A DNA stretch of 64,000 nucleotides, taken from positions 192,001 to 256,000 of the forward strand of contig CAVXWP010000003.1 of the NCBI GenBank assembly GCA_963765495.1, in the 5' to 3' direction. Within the stretch, counting starts at the first letter, position 1. Every line of letters starts with the position of its first letter. The position numbers were made by a program, and so were the translations under genes. Shown here one piece after another: positions 28,540 to 38,086 of this stretch. The notes beneath the pieces are model-generated. The model was not told the DNA's origin. It saw only the letters and a list, made by a program, of their open reading frames with translations, and made no database searches. The DNA comes from Blastocatellia bacterium. Its GTDB lineage: Bacteria > Acidobacteriota > Blastocatellia > UBA7656.

Positions 28540-31212
28540 ATGCGACTCGAACCAAAAGGCTCGACATTCTGGCTGATCGGAGGCCAAAGCGGCGGCTGGG
28601 TCAAGCGAACTGCCGATGGTGCTCAGTCGGCCGTAAGCGACACCGACGGCGTTCGCCTGAATGCCGCGCCCGACGGACCGCTTTCGCTCGTCTCATCAGA
28701 CGGCAGCCTCGGAGGGCTGATCCTTCCTCGCGGTTTTGCGCTCGACCGAGGGAATACCCTGTATCTGTTGAGCGATGAAGAACTCTCGATCAAGCGCTTC
28801 GATTCGGAATCGCGCACATTCAAACGACTGCCGGAAATCGGTTCGGCAGGGTCGGCGCCGCGCCGGTTTTCCAGTCCCTCAAACATCGCCATCACAGGCA
28901 AATGGCTCTATGTGGCCGACACGGGAAACCGTAGAGTTCAAGTATTTGATCTGGATAACCTCGCGCTTGTCGAACTCTGGGAGCCGAATCAGGAGCGCGC
29001 CAGGTGGAGGCCGGTTGATGTCGCCGAGCACAGGGGGAGCGTATACATACTCGATTCAGAGGGACCGCGCATCTATCGCCACACGCCAGGGAGCGAGATT
29101 GTCGAGTATCTGAAATGCCAACCCCCGAAGGGTCAATGGACCAGAATCGCCATAGATCGGGAAGGTCGCATCTATCTGCTGGGCTCGATGGAAAAAAGCG
29201 AGGCAAACGCGCCCGCGCTTGTCGAGATTTCCAGTTGCGACCCCGTCTCCTTTACAGACGCGGGCGCGCTTCGAGACCGATTCGATCCACCCGCGATAAG
29301 GCTCGATGATCGCAATCGGTTCTGTCTTCCCGCGTCGCTTGCGAGGGTCTGCGGACGGCGAAAGCCCGAGCCCGCTCCGGCCCCGGAGACACAGTTAGGA
29401 TTATGCGCGCCGTTCGACAAGGCAGCCGGAAGATGCGATGAACCGACCGCGCCGCGAACGATAAGAACGGCGGCTGGGGCTTTTCTGCTCTATGTGCTTG
29501 AGCGCGAGCGGCGTCGCGTTCGCGCTTACACAAATGACGGGCGGAGGTTGCGTCACAGTTGGGGCGACGGACTCGATTGGAAGCCTGTTGATGTGGCCGC
29601 GCGCGGTTTGATTGCCTGCGTGCTCGACGAAGACGGGACGATTTACCTGCACAGGGCCGGGCGCGATTCTGTACGTGTGATCGTGTCGGCAGACGCGTCT
29701 TCAAATGCGCCGTCGCAAGTCGCCATCGATGAAGGCGGATTGATCCTCACACACGCGCCGGGGGAGGCGAAGGTTGCGGTTTATAACTGCGGAGGGAGTC
29801 CCTGCGGAGAGAAGCGCTACAGCCAGGTCGCGGCCCTCTTCGAAACAGCCGGTCCGAATGAAGCGGCGGCGCTCGGCAGCGGCCTGATCTTTAACAGACG
29901 GGGCGAGGCGATTGAATCCGTTTATGCGAGCGATCAAACGGGGCCGACGCTGTATGAACGGGTGGGAAGGTGGCGCGGCAACCCGCTCGACAGTTCTATC
30001 TACAAGTGTCAGTGGCATCGACTGGAGCTTGGAGTCTCGGAACTGCCTCCGGGCAGCCGCATAGAAGTCAGCACTTATGCGCACGAGACAAAGGATGGCG
30101 TGCTTGGCGTGCCGGATGAGCAATGGCAACACGCCTATACGATCCTCGCTCCGATCGAGCCGCCGCGCTGCGATGAAGAGGAGATTCGCAGGTTTGAATT
30201 TCTGGTGCAGAGCGGCAACGGGCGATACCTGTCGATTCGGATGAATCTCTACGGCGACGGCTTCAGCACGCCGGTCGTGCGATCAATCAAGGCGCACTAC
30301 CCGCGAGAGCCATATCTTCAATATCTTCCCGATGCGTGGTCGTCTGATGACGAGAGCCGCGTCTTTTTAGAGCATTTCCTTGCGATCTTTCAGACCGAGT
30401 GGGACGACCTTGACCGACAGATAAACGAAGTCGAGCGGTACTTCGATCCCGACGCCGTGCCCGGCGGCCCTTTTCTCGAATATCTGGCGAAGCAGTGGCT
30501 TGCGCTTCCGCTCGAAGGCGACTGGAATCAGGATCAGAAACGACGATTGCTCTCCGAGGCTCCGAAGATTTATCCGCACCGGGGCAAACCCGGCGGCCTG
30601 CGCCGCTTTATCGCCGTTTATCTGGCAAACATGGCCAACCTGCCCGCCGATGACGTGACGAGCGCCGGGTTCCCCGTAATAGTCGAAGGATTTCGCGAGC
30701 GTAGACACCTGTTTCTCGCAGCCGATAAGACCGGCAGGCTCGGCAAATCCGGCTCGCTCTGGAGCGCAAGCGTAGTCAGGCGATTGCAAATCGGGGTCTT
30801 TTCTCGCGAGGGAGAGGTAGAGCTTGTAAGCACGGGCGACCCTTCGCACGACGTTTTTCACCAGTATGCCCATCGCTTTCGGGTAATGGTTCCCGCAAGC
30901 TGGGTGCGCACAGCCCGCGACGAACGCATGATCCGGCGCGCCATCGAAGCTGAAAAGCCCGCGCAGACGCGCTATGACCTGTGCCTTGTCGATGCAAGGT
31001 TCCGAATCGGCGTTCAGTCAACCGTAGGCATAGACACGATCATCGGCGAGACGCCACAGACGGCGCTCAATTGCCCGCACAAAACCGACACGCCGCCGAG
31101 TCTGCCCGCAAGCGGGCGACTCGGGTTAGACACGGTTTTGACTTCCGGCCCAGACGAGGTGATGCAACTCAAACCGGGCACTACTATCGGCAAGAGTTCG
31201 CTGCTTGCTTGA
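28540..31212 (+). CDS. Baseplate/tail protein I-like (Afp12-like) with N-terminal NHL beta-propeller repeats
   Basis: NHL motif FSSPSNIAI..LYVADTGNRRVQVFD; C-terminal YLQYLP, FLEHFLAIF, YFDPDAVP..FLEYLA and IEAEKPAQT. Confidence 0.8.
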   Translation: MRLEPKGSTFWLIGGQSGGWVKRTADGAQSAVSDTDGVRLNAAPDGPLSLVSSDGSLGGLILPRGFALDRGNTLYLLSDEELSIKRFDSESRTFKRLPEIGSAGSAPRRFSSPSNIAITGKWLYVADTGNRRVQVFDLDNLALVELWEPNQERARWRPVDVAEHRGSVYILDSEGPRIYRHTPGSEIVEYLKCQPPKGQWTRIAIDREGRIYLLGSMEKSEANAPALVEISSCDPVSFTDAGALRDRFDPPAIRLDDRNRFCLPASLARVCGRRKPEPAPAPETQLGLCAPFDKAAGRCDEPTAPRTIRTAAGAFLLYVLERERRRVRAYTNDGRRLRHSWGDGLDWKPVDVAARGLIACVLDEDGTIYLHRAGRDSVRVIVSADASSNAPSQVAIDEGGLILTHAPGEAKVAVYNCGGSPCGEKRYSQVAALFETAGPNEAAALGSGLIFNRRGEAIESVYASDQTGPTLYERVGRWRGNPLDSSIYKCQWHRLELGVSELPPGSRIEVSTYAHETKDGVLGVPDEQWQHAYTILAPIEPPRCDEEEIRRFEFLVQSGNGRYLSIRMNLYGDGFSTPVVRSIKAHYPREPYLQYLPDAWSSDDESRVFLEHFLAIFQTEWDDLDRQINEVERYFDPDAVPGGPFLEYLAKQWLALPLEGDWNQDQKRRLLSEAPKIYPHRGKPGGLRRFIAVYLANMANLPADDVTSAGFPVIVEGFRERRHLFLAADKTGRLGKSGSLWSASVVRRLQIGVFSREGEVELVSTGDPSHDVFHQYAHRFRVMVPASWVRTARDERMIRRAIEAEKPAQTRYDLCLVDARFRIGVQSTVGIDTIIGETPQTALNCPHKTDTPPSLPASGRLGLDTVLTSGPDEVMQLKPGTTIGKSSLLA

Positions 31213-31228
31213 AAAGGAGAGGACCGAA

Positions 31229-32623
31229 ATGAACGAAGAGGACAACAAAGACTGTAACGAGAATAAGGGCTGTCTGGGACTCGCCCTTGAACGGATGAGA
31301 TACTTCACGGGGCGCTTTATGACCGCCCGCGATTTCCGCGACGAGCAGACTTATCACCTGACGCACAGGCTCATGCACAACCGGATGCTCCACGGCTGGG
31401 GCGTCGTCTGCGGGCTGCATGTAAACCAGCACCCTACACCAGACTGCCGCAATGATCGCGTGAAGGTCAGTTCAGGCATGGCAGTAGATTGTTGCGGGCG
31501 CGAGATCATCGTGCCCTATGCCCTCGTGCCTCCGCCTATACCCTGGAATGAGCGACCGGCTGATCCGCCCGACGTATCGCAGGAAGCAGGAGGCTACGCA
31601 GAAGACCGGCGATGGTACCCGATGCTCTGTCTGCACTACAAAGAGACTCTTATAGATCAGGTTCCCGTACTCTACAGCGAAGGCAACTGCGACGAGCAGC
31701 GACGGGAATACAGCCGGATACTTGAAGGCTACGAATTCAAATGGAGTTGGGTGCGCCGCCGCGATCTGCCTGAATATCACTGGAGGATTCGCGGCGGGGG
31801 GTGCCGCGAACCGGCTCAGGAAGAGCAGAAGGGTTACGACCACCCGACCGAACAACAGGCAGAACAGGCAACGGAGGCGAGCTACCAACAGCCCGCCGGA
31901 CAGGAATACAAACAGGGGAAAGATTACGGCGGCGCTCAACCTCGTCCGTGCCCCGAAGACGATTGCGATTCGGACGGCGAGACTTATGTCAGCTGTCTTG
32001 AGCCGGATTGTCCGCCGCATCATTCGGTCCCGCTTGCGTGGGTTCGCGTCAGACCCGGCTCGCCCATAACCGATGACGACATATCGGTGATGGGCAGACC
32101 CACTATGAGACCGCCGGTTCAATCGCTCACGCATATCTGCTCGATCAACTGGCCGCACGGGGGCGTAATACCGCGCCGCCGTCTCGAAGAGATCAAGCGG
32201 CTTGAGGTGAGATTTGACCGCAGGCTGAAGAAACCTGAACAGGGTAGTACCAGGCGCGGTCCTACCGGAGTAAACGCGTCAACCTTTGTCGTGCAGTACG
32301 GCGCAAAACAGGAAGACCTCGACTTTGTTCCTTACACCACATCGCCCTACGTCGAAAACGATTGCGTAGGCATTTACGCCCTGAACCCGGAGGGGCCGGC
32401 CGAGGGCGAGCGGGTCTACTCTTACCTTGAAAATCAGGTCGTCTTTGTAACCTTGAAATGCGACTTCATTCTGGATTGTCACAGCGTTCCGGTAGACGGC
32501 AACCATCTGGGCGGATTGCTCCCGACGGGGGATGGAATTCGCGGCGGCACATTCGAGAGCTGGTTCCGCGTGCTGCCCGATTACGATTATGAAAACTACG
32601 AGCGCGAGCACGGTCGCTACTAG
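31229..32623 (+). CDS. eCIS fibre-like protein, paralog 1
   Basis: N-terminal ERMRYFTGRFMTARDFRDEQ.Y...HNRMLHGWGVVCGL.V...G.AVDCCGREI; Cys-rich. Confidence 0.7.
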   Translation: MNEEDNKDCNENKGCLGLALERMRYFTGRFMTARDFRDEQTYHLTHRLMHNRMLHGWGVVCGLHVNQHPTPDCRNDRVKVSSGMAVDCCGREIIVPYALVPPPIPWNERPADPPDVSQEAGGYAEDRRWYPMLCLHYKETLIDQVPVLYSEGNCDEQRREYSRILEGYEFKWSWVRRRDLPEYHWRIRGGGCREPAQEEQKGYDHPTEQQAEQATEASYQQPAGQEYKQGKDYGGAQPRPCPEDDCDSDGETYVSCLEPDCPPHHSVPLAWVRVRPGSPITDDDISVMGRPTMRPPVQSLTHICSINWPHGGVIPRRRLEEIKRLEVRFDRRLKKPEQGSTRRGPTGVNASTFVVQYGAKQEDLDFVPYTTSPYVENDCVGIYALNPEGPAEGERVYSYLENQVVFVTLKCDFILDCHSVPVDGNHLGGLLPTGDGIRGGTFESWFRVLPDYDYENYEREHGRY

Positions 32624-32640
32624 ACTGGAAGGAGTGAGCT

Positions 32641-34185
32641 ATGAGCACGATGACTAAAGCGCCGCAAGCGAGCGGCCACGGCTGCACCTGTGGATGTTCC
32701 GATTGCGGAGGCGAGTGCTGCGAACTGGAATGTCTGGTGCAGCCGAGGTTCTTCTGCGGCCAGTTACTTACGGATCAAGACCTGAACGCGCTGCTCGAAT
32801 GGGTAAAGGGGAAAACGGCGCTGACCAGATACCGCCACGGGTGGGGAATCGTATGCGGGCTTGATGTGAGTTGCAGCGCGGAGCCGGGCAGAGAGGGCTT
32901 TGTGTCGGTGACGCCGGGCTATGCGATAGACTGCTGCGGCAACGACATCATCGTCTGCCTCGAAGCTCAAATAGATCTATCGAAATACTGTCTGCCCGAA
33001 GGAGACATCTGCGCCCAGTGGCCCGCTGCGCAGCCGAACCGCGACGACAACTCGACACTCAGCTTCGGCGGGTTTGAAGTTCCGCGAAACGAAGTCCAGG
33101 CGATAGATCTTTTTATCGGCTATGCCGAGACCGTAAGCGACGCGCAAAACGCGCTCGCACGGAGGGCCTGCGATGCGGTCGAAGCCTGCGAATACACGCG
33201 TACGCACGAGGGCTATCGCCTGTACGCGAAGAAGGCCGAGCACTGCGACCAGAGCGTGGAGAAGCGGGCGCTGGATTGGGAAGCGGGGTATCGAAGAGGG
33301 CTGGAAGATTTCTTTAACGCCGTGAGGAGTGATGACCCGACGCGAAGGCTTGAGAGGCTCGGCAGGTGGGCAGACAACCATCAGCTTACAAGCTTCTGTT
33401 TCGCCGAGGATTGGTTGACCGAGCTACTCAAGCAGGGCGAGATCAACACGCGCGCGATCAATGAATTGACCTTCTGGATGGCGCAGGACTGGCGCAATCA
33501 TTATCTGAGATGCGATTGCTTCGAGTGCGGGCCGGAAACCGGCGTGCCGCTCGCCAGGGTCTGGCTCAGACGTGTTAAGAAAGACAACGGTCGAGCCACC
33601 TGCAAAGTGCTGTACATAAATCCCTACCCACCTTACCGTCGCCCCGTTCAGCAGGAATGCTGGCCAGTGCCCTCGGGCAATCTGGGTCTCGCCCGCTTCG
33701 TCTGGCAGTCGGTTGATAACGTATCAACGGAACTGCGCAATATGGGCATAGATGAAATTTCGATGGAGCCGTTTACCTTTGACGGTGATACAAACCTCCG
33801 CGACAAACTCGGAAGCGACCCCCTTTCGGTTCCCGCGCCCGACCGCAGCGACTCGGCTTCGCTGGTAGTTTATTACTGCAACGACATCTGCAATCAGAAG
33901 CGCGTAGTGCGTTTCGACATCGGCTCGCGACCGAAGAGAAATGTAGGGGACGCGGCTGCGCTGTCGGCCGACAATCAAATGCTCGATCTTCAGCGAGTGA
34001 GCGGCATAAAGGCGGGCTACGCGCAGAGGCTGCAAGACAAAGGCATCATGAATATCAGAGACCTTGCCGCCGCCTCTCCTGAGACCGTGCGGGAAGCGTT
34101 GTCTGACCTGCCGGTCTTTCCTCCTCCTGAAAAATTTATCAACGATGCGGCGGATCTGCTCAAGCAACTGGAGGCAGAGAATTAA
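32641..34185 (+). CDS. eCIS fibre-like protein, paralog 2, with C-terminal helix-hairpin-helix domain
   Basis: PRFFCGQLLTDQDL...HGWGIVCGL.V...GYAIDCCGNDI; C-terminal LQRVSGIKAGYAQRLQDKGIMNIRDLA. Confidence 0.7.
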   Translation: MSTMTKAPQASGHGCTCGCSDCGGECCELECLVQPRFFCGQLLTDQDLNALLEWVKGKTALTRYRHGWGIVCGLDVSCSAEPGREGFVSVTPGYAIDCCGNDIIVCLEAQIDLSKYCLPEGDICAQWPAAQPNRDDNSTLSFGGFEVPRNEVQAIDLFIGYAETVSDAQNALARRACDAVEACEYTRTHEGYRLYAKKAEHCDQSVEKRALDWEAGYRRGLEDFFNAVRSDDPTRRLERLGRWADNHQLTSFCFAEDWLTELLKQGEINTRAINELTFWMAQDWRNHYLRCDCFECGPETGVPLARVWLRRVKKDNGRATCKVLYINPYPPYRRPVQQECWPVPSGNLGLARFVWQSVDNVSTELRNMGIDEISMEPFTFDGDTNLRDKLGSDPLSVPAPDRSDSASLVVYYCNDICNQKRVVRFDIGSRPKRNVGDAAALSADNQMLDLQRVSGIKAGYAQRLQDKGIMNIRDLAAASPETVREALSDLPVFPPPEKFINDAADLLKQLEAEN

Positions 34186-34200
34186 TCTACGGTACGCGAG

Positions 34201-36771
34201 ATGGAACGATTACGAGTCTATTATGTCGAGAAGCAGCGGCTGCGAGCCTCGGACCTCGAATCCGAACAGGAATATCTGGTCGGGCTCGATCAGCGTCACG
34301 CTCTTGAGCAACACAGGCCGGGCATTGTGCGCGGCCTCGAAGTCCGCCCCGACGACGGTGGCGGCTTAGTCGTCGAGCCCGGCATCGCGATTGATTCCGA
34401 GGGCCGCGAACTACTGCTTCACACTCAGGAATCCGTTTCGATAAACGAGGGAGAAGGATGCATAGATGTGTGGCTCATTTACTGCCGCGAGCCGGTGCGG
34501 TTGCCTAAGCCCGGTCGCGCCCCTTGCTCTCAATCTACATACGAGCGATGGCGTGAAATCCCGCGCGTGATAAGCACGCTGGCCGGGAACGAAAGTCAGC
34601 CGCAGGCCCCGGCAGAGAGCGCGGTATTTTTAGGCAGGTTCAGATGCGAAGACCGTCAAGAGATACTTTACGCGGGGCTTCGCGGTGGAATCGTAGCCGA
34701 TGCGGGCGGGCGAGCGATTGCGCAGATCGGCCCGCGCGAGGGCCTGGACCCTTATGGTTTTGTGGTAAATGTCGCCGATCAAACGAGCAATCTGATTCAA
34801 CGAATCGCTATGGATCGGCGCGGCAACACAAATCTTTCCGGCACGGTAGAGATAATCAACTATCCTCTGAATCCCGTGATTGCCGGTGCTAAGGCTACGC
34901 CGATGCTGATAGTCGAATCACGCCGGGCAGAAGAGAATGTAACGCTCAAGCTTGCGGCCGAGAAATCGCAAACGGGCGAAGATGTCATCAAGATGACAAT
35001 CTCATCCGACTCGGGCGGGCACGAGGAATTCGAGATCAATGCCCGGATCGCCGAGTTGAAAACAGGCATAAGCGACATCAACAGGGATTCCAGACTGGTT
35101 AAAGTGATCGCAAGCGCCGAGTTGATGAAACTCATCACTCCCAAGAAGATTCGACCGAGGGACAAGAAAGGCTCGGACAAGGTAATAGTGTCAAGGCTGC
35201 TCGAAGTGCGCGACATTTTCCGACCCGCTATGCCCAACTGGCAGGGAGTGCTGAAGCTCGACAGTTGGCCGGAACGCGGGCCGGTCATGATGACGGATGA
35301 GCGCGGCTGTCACGTCTCTGATGACCCGGCGGGCGTCCCTCAGTTGAACGGCCTCTCCTTAGAGACGGCCTCGCCCCCCCCCAAAGACACGCCTGTGCCG
35401 AGGGTCTATAACGCGCTGGTGGAGTCCGACAACCGCACAATCGAGCAGGTGCGGTTTGATCTGGGCGAGAAGAAGGAATCCGACAGCACCACGCGGTTTT
35501 CACTCGGCGCGCTCGATAATGAGAGTTCCGAATTCGCCGCGTGGATGACCGTGAGCGGCACCTGTCTGGTCAGTCTGCTCGACAGCGATGCCCATAGTCA
35601 GGGGAATCCCGTCGTGACCATAGATGTGAACGGCACCGTAGAGCAATCGCCTATGAAACCCAACCCGGCAGACCCGCTTTATCGCGATCTGCTGGCAGCC
35701 GCGTGGATGGCCGGGCTGCGAAGTTCCATCCTCGCTTCGACTACGATTGGGATTGAAATAAACGGCCTCCCCGCTCTGATGGAAAGCAATAATCCCAATA
35801 AACCGTGGAGCTACAACGTGGTTGTATCTAATGGGGAAAGCAAGGAAATCTCCGTCAATAACCTGTACGAATCCCGCATTGTCGGCGCGGAGATTCAAAC
35901 GCAGCCTAAATCGTCGCCTTTCCCAATTCAGCCAAATAGCTCCGTAACCCGGCAGGTGAATCACACGGATAAGACCCCGGCAGGAGACTTGACTATTCAA
36001 ATCATGGCTACGGGAATCGTAGGTCAGATTCCATGGTGGAAGTCCGGCGAAAAGAAGTCCGTCGTAGTCGAGACCCCGGAAGCCGATCTTTCGGGCTTTC
36101 CCGATAGCGTGCCGCCCTCGACTGATTGGGACTACGGCTTCACGGTCAAAAACCTTGCCGAGCGCGGCCTGACGCTCAGGCAGATAACGCTGACCGAAGA
36201 GGGAGGAGCGCCCGTGGATATTCCGATTGGCGCGCCCGACCTCTCGGCTCACACCGATGCTGTGTTTGGCCCGTTCCCGCACCCCGGGATCACGGATGCA
36301 TTGAATGTCACGTTGTCTGTGAAGTACGAGTGGCAAAAGACGGCCCTGGAAATAAGCCAGGACCCGAGCATAATAGAAGGCGAGATCGGAGCGCAAAGGA
36401 GCATAAGAGTTACAAACCAGCTTCTTCTGAGTCTTCAGGCTCCCGCTTCGATCACACAGGAAACGCCGTGGCAATACTCGCTTGCCTTTATAAATGCGGG
36501 CAACGCACCCTTAATGCTTAAATCGCTCAAGCAAAGGCTGACGGTTGAAGGCGTCGAGCTTGACGACTTTGAAGACATCCCCAATTTCCCCCAAGACCCG
36601 ATAGGCCCCGGTCAGAGCGCCCAGATGACAAACATCGCCGGTATCGAGGCCCCCGCCGATGTTGAAGAAGCCACGCTTGAGATACTGGCAGAATATAGAT
36701 CGAAGGCCAGGATATGGAGCCCGCCCTCTTTCACTCAGGATATATCCGTCACCGAAGATGCCGTCGAATAG
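34201..36771 (+). CDS. eCIS fibre-like protein, paralog 3, with C-terminal Ig-like repeats
   Basis: RVYYVEKQRLRASDLESEQEY...HRPGIVRGLEV...PGIAIDSEGREL; three C-terminal W.Y...V.N repeats. Confidence 0.7.
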   Translation: MERLRVYYVEKQRLRASDLESEQEYLVGLDQRHALEQHRPGIVRGLEVRPDDGGGLVVEPGIAIDSEGRELLLHTQESVSINEGEGCIDVWLIYCREPVRLPKPGRAPCSQSTYERWREIPRVISTLAGNESQPQAPAESAVFLGRFRCEDRQEILYAGLRGGIVADAGGRAIAQIGPREGLDPYGFVVNVADQTSNLIQRIAMDRRGNTNLSGTVEIINYPLNPVIAGAKATPMLIVESRRAEENVTLKLAAEKSQTGEDVIKMTISSDSGGHEEFEINARIAELKTGISDINRDSRLVKVIASAELMKLITPKKIRPRDKKGSDKVIVSRLLEVRDIFRPAMPNWQGVLKLDSWPERGPVMMTDERGCHVSDDPAGVPQLNGLSLETASPPPKDTPVPRVYNALVESDNRTIEQVRFDLGEKKESDSTTRFSLGALDNESSEFAAWMTVSGTCLVSLLDSDAHSQGNPVVTIDVNGTVEQSPMKPNPADPLYRDLLAAAWMAGLRSSILASTTIGIEINGLPALMESNNPNKPWSYNVVVSNGESKEISVNNLYESRIVGAEIQTQPKSSPFPIQPNSSVTRQVNHTDKTPAGDLTIQIMATGIVGQIPWWKSGEKKSVVVETPEADLSGFPDSVPPSTDWDYGFTVKNLAERGLTLRQITLTEEGGAPVDIPIGAPDLSAHTDAVFGPFPHPGITDALNVTLSVKYEWQKTALEISQDPSIIEGEIGAQRSIRVTNQLLLSLQAPASITQETPWQYSLAFINAGNAPLMLKSLKQRLTVEGVELDDFEDIPNFPQDPIGPGQSAQMTNIAGIEAPADVEEATLEILAEYRSKARIWSPPSFTQDISVTEDAVE

Positions 36772-36797
36772 ACCGGGCCAAAAGGAGTTAAACGCTT

Positions 36798-38066
36798 ATG
36801 ACAACCGTCATCGTTCCGAGAGTCCATTTTTTCGAAAAGCAATTCTTGCGCGTAGGCGAGTTCAAAGATGAACAGACATACCACATTGCGGCCCGGCGGC
36901 GGCACAACATAACCGAGCATTTATGGGGAATTGTTCGGGGTCTTGAAATCGCGCAGGACGAAGACCTCGCGCTGATAGTGAGACCCGGCATGGCCATTGA
37001 CGGATACGGAAGAGAATTGCTGCTGGCCGAAAAAAAATCGCTTGACGCGAAAGCCTTCGACACGCTTGGGACCGATCAACTCGACGCCTGGCTTGTCTAT
37101 GACCGGCGCGACGGAGAGACCGCGCCCGAAGGCTACTCGGGGTGCGATTCGGATAGCTCTCGAAATGCCTATCGGTCCGAAGAGACCCCGCTGGTTCTGC
37201 TTGAGCGGCCTATCTCTCGCAGTGTGGATGCGCGGCGGCCTCCCGGCGTGTCGAAGGATGTTTTTGACGCGAATGTGCCTCTGGTGTCGGATGATCCTAA
37301 GGACACCTGGCGGGTCTATCTGGGCCGCATAAAACGGCTCGCGCAGGATCAGTTTCAAATAGACCTTTCCGAACGCACATACGCCGGGCTGGTGGGCGAA
37401 GTCATAGACCACCCGGCAAACGCCGCGCGCATGGAGATCGGCAAAGAGCCGAGCGTGACCGACAGACGCGAGTTTGGAGGGCTGACTTACACTTACACAA
37501 AAAACATAGAGGGCGAGCCGACACAGTCGCGGCGTTTTGCCGTCTTCATCCCGGAAGATGTGGATTCGATAAACGACACAGGAGAAATAGTCCTGTGGCC
37601 GCGCCTTGAAATTCTGCAAGACGGAATCCTTCGCCTGCGCGGCAGCACCGTCATAAACGGCAATCTGCGGATCATCGGCGGCGCGGTGCAGTTTAGCACC
37701 CCTGCCCAGTTCGAGAACGAGCCTGTCACGGCAGACAACACGCCGCTTGCCCCCGCGATCTATCGCATAATCGATGAGGGAAAAGATCAGTTGCGAATAG
37801 ACCTTGGGGCAAACAATACCCTGAACCGCGAATTCGTAATCGGCTTTTCAAACGAGAGCGGCGAATTTACTACCTGCCTGAAACTGGAATTAAAGGAAGA
37901 GGAAGGCGCGCCTAAACCGAGAGTCAAAGTCACGATCAACGGGGACTTGATGTTAAACGGAGACCTGATCGGAACTGATCTCGTTCCGCGCACCTTGAAT
38001 GAAGAGGTCATTAACGCCATCAAGGCGAGCTTTCAGGCCGGGGTCGCCGCGGGCAATAACGCATAG
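36798..38066 (+). CDS. eCIS fibre-like protein, paralog 4
   Basis: RVHFFEKQFLRVGEFKDEQTYH...HLWGIVRGLEI...PGMAIDGYGREL. Confidence 0.7.
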   Translation: MTTVIVPRVHFFEKQFLRVGEFKDEQTYHIAARRRHNITEHLWGIVRGLEIAQDEDLALIVRPGMAIDGYGRELLLAEKKSLDAKAFDTLGTDQLDAWLVYDRRDGETAPEGYSGCDSDSSRNAYRSEETPLVLLERPISRSVDARRPPGVSKDVFDANVPLVSDDPKDTWRVYLGRIKRLAQDQFQIDLSERTYAGLVGEVIDHPANAARMEIGKEPSVTDRREFGGLTYTYTKNIEGEPTQSRRFAVFIPEDVDSINDTGEIVLWPRLEILQDGILRLRGSTVINGNLRIIGGAVQFSTPAQFENEPVTADNTPLAPAIYRIIDEGKDQLRIDLGANNTLNREFVIGFSNESGEFTTCLKLELKEEEGAPKPRVKVTINGDLMLNGDLIGTDLVPRTLNEEVINAIKASFQAGVAAGNNA

Positions 38067-38086
38067 CAGTGAGGTGTAGATTGTAG

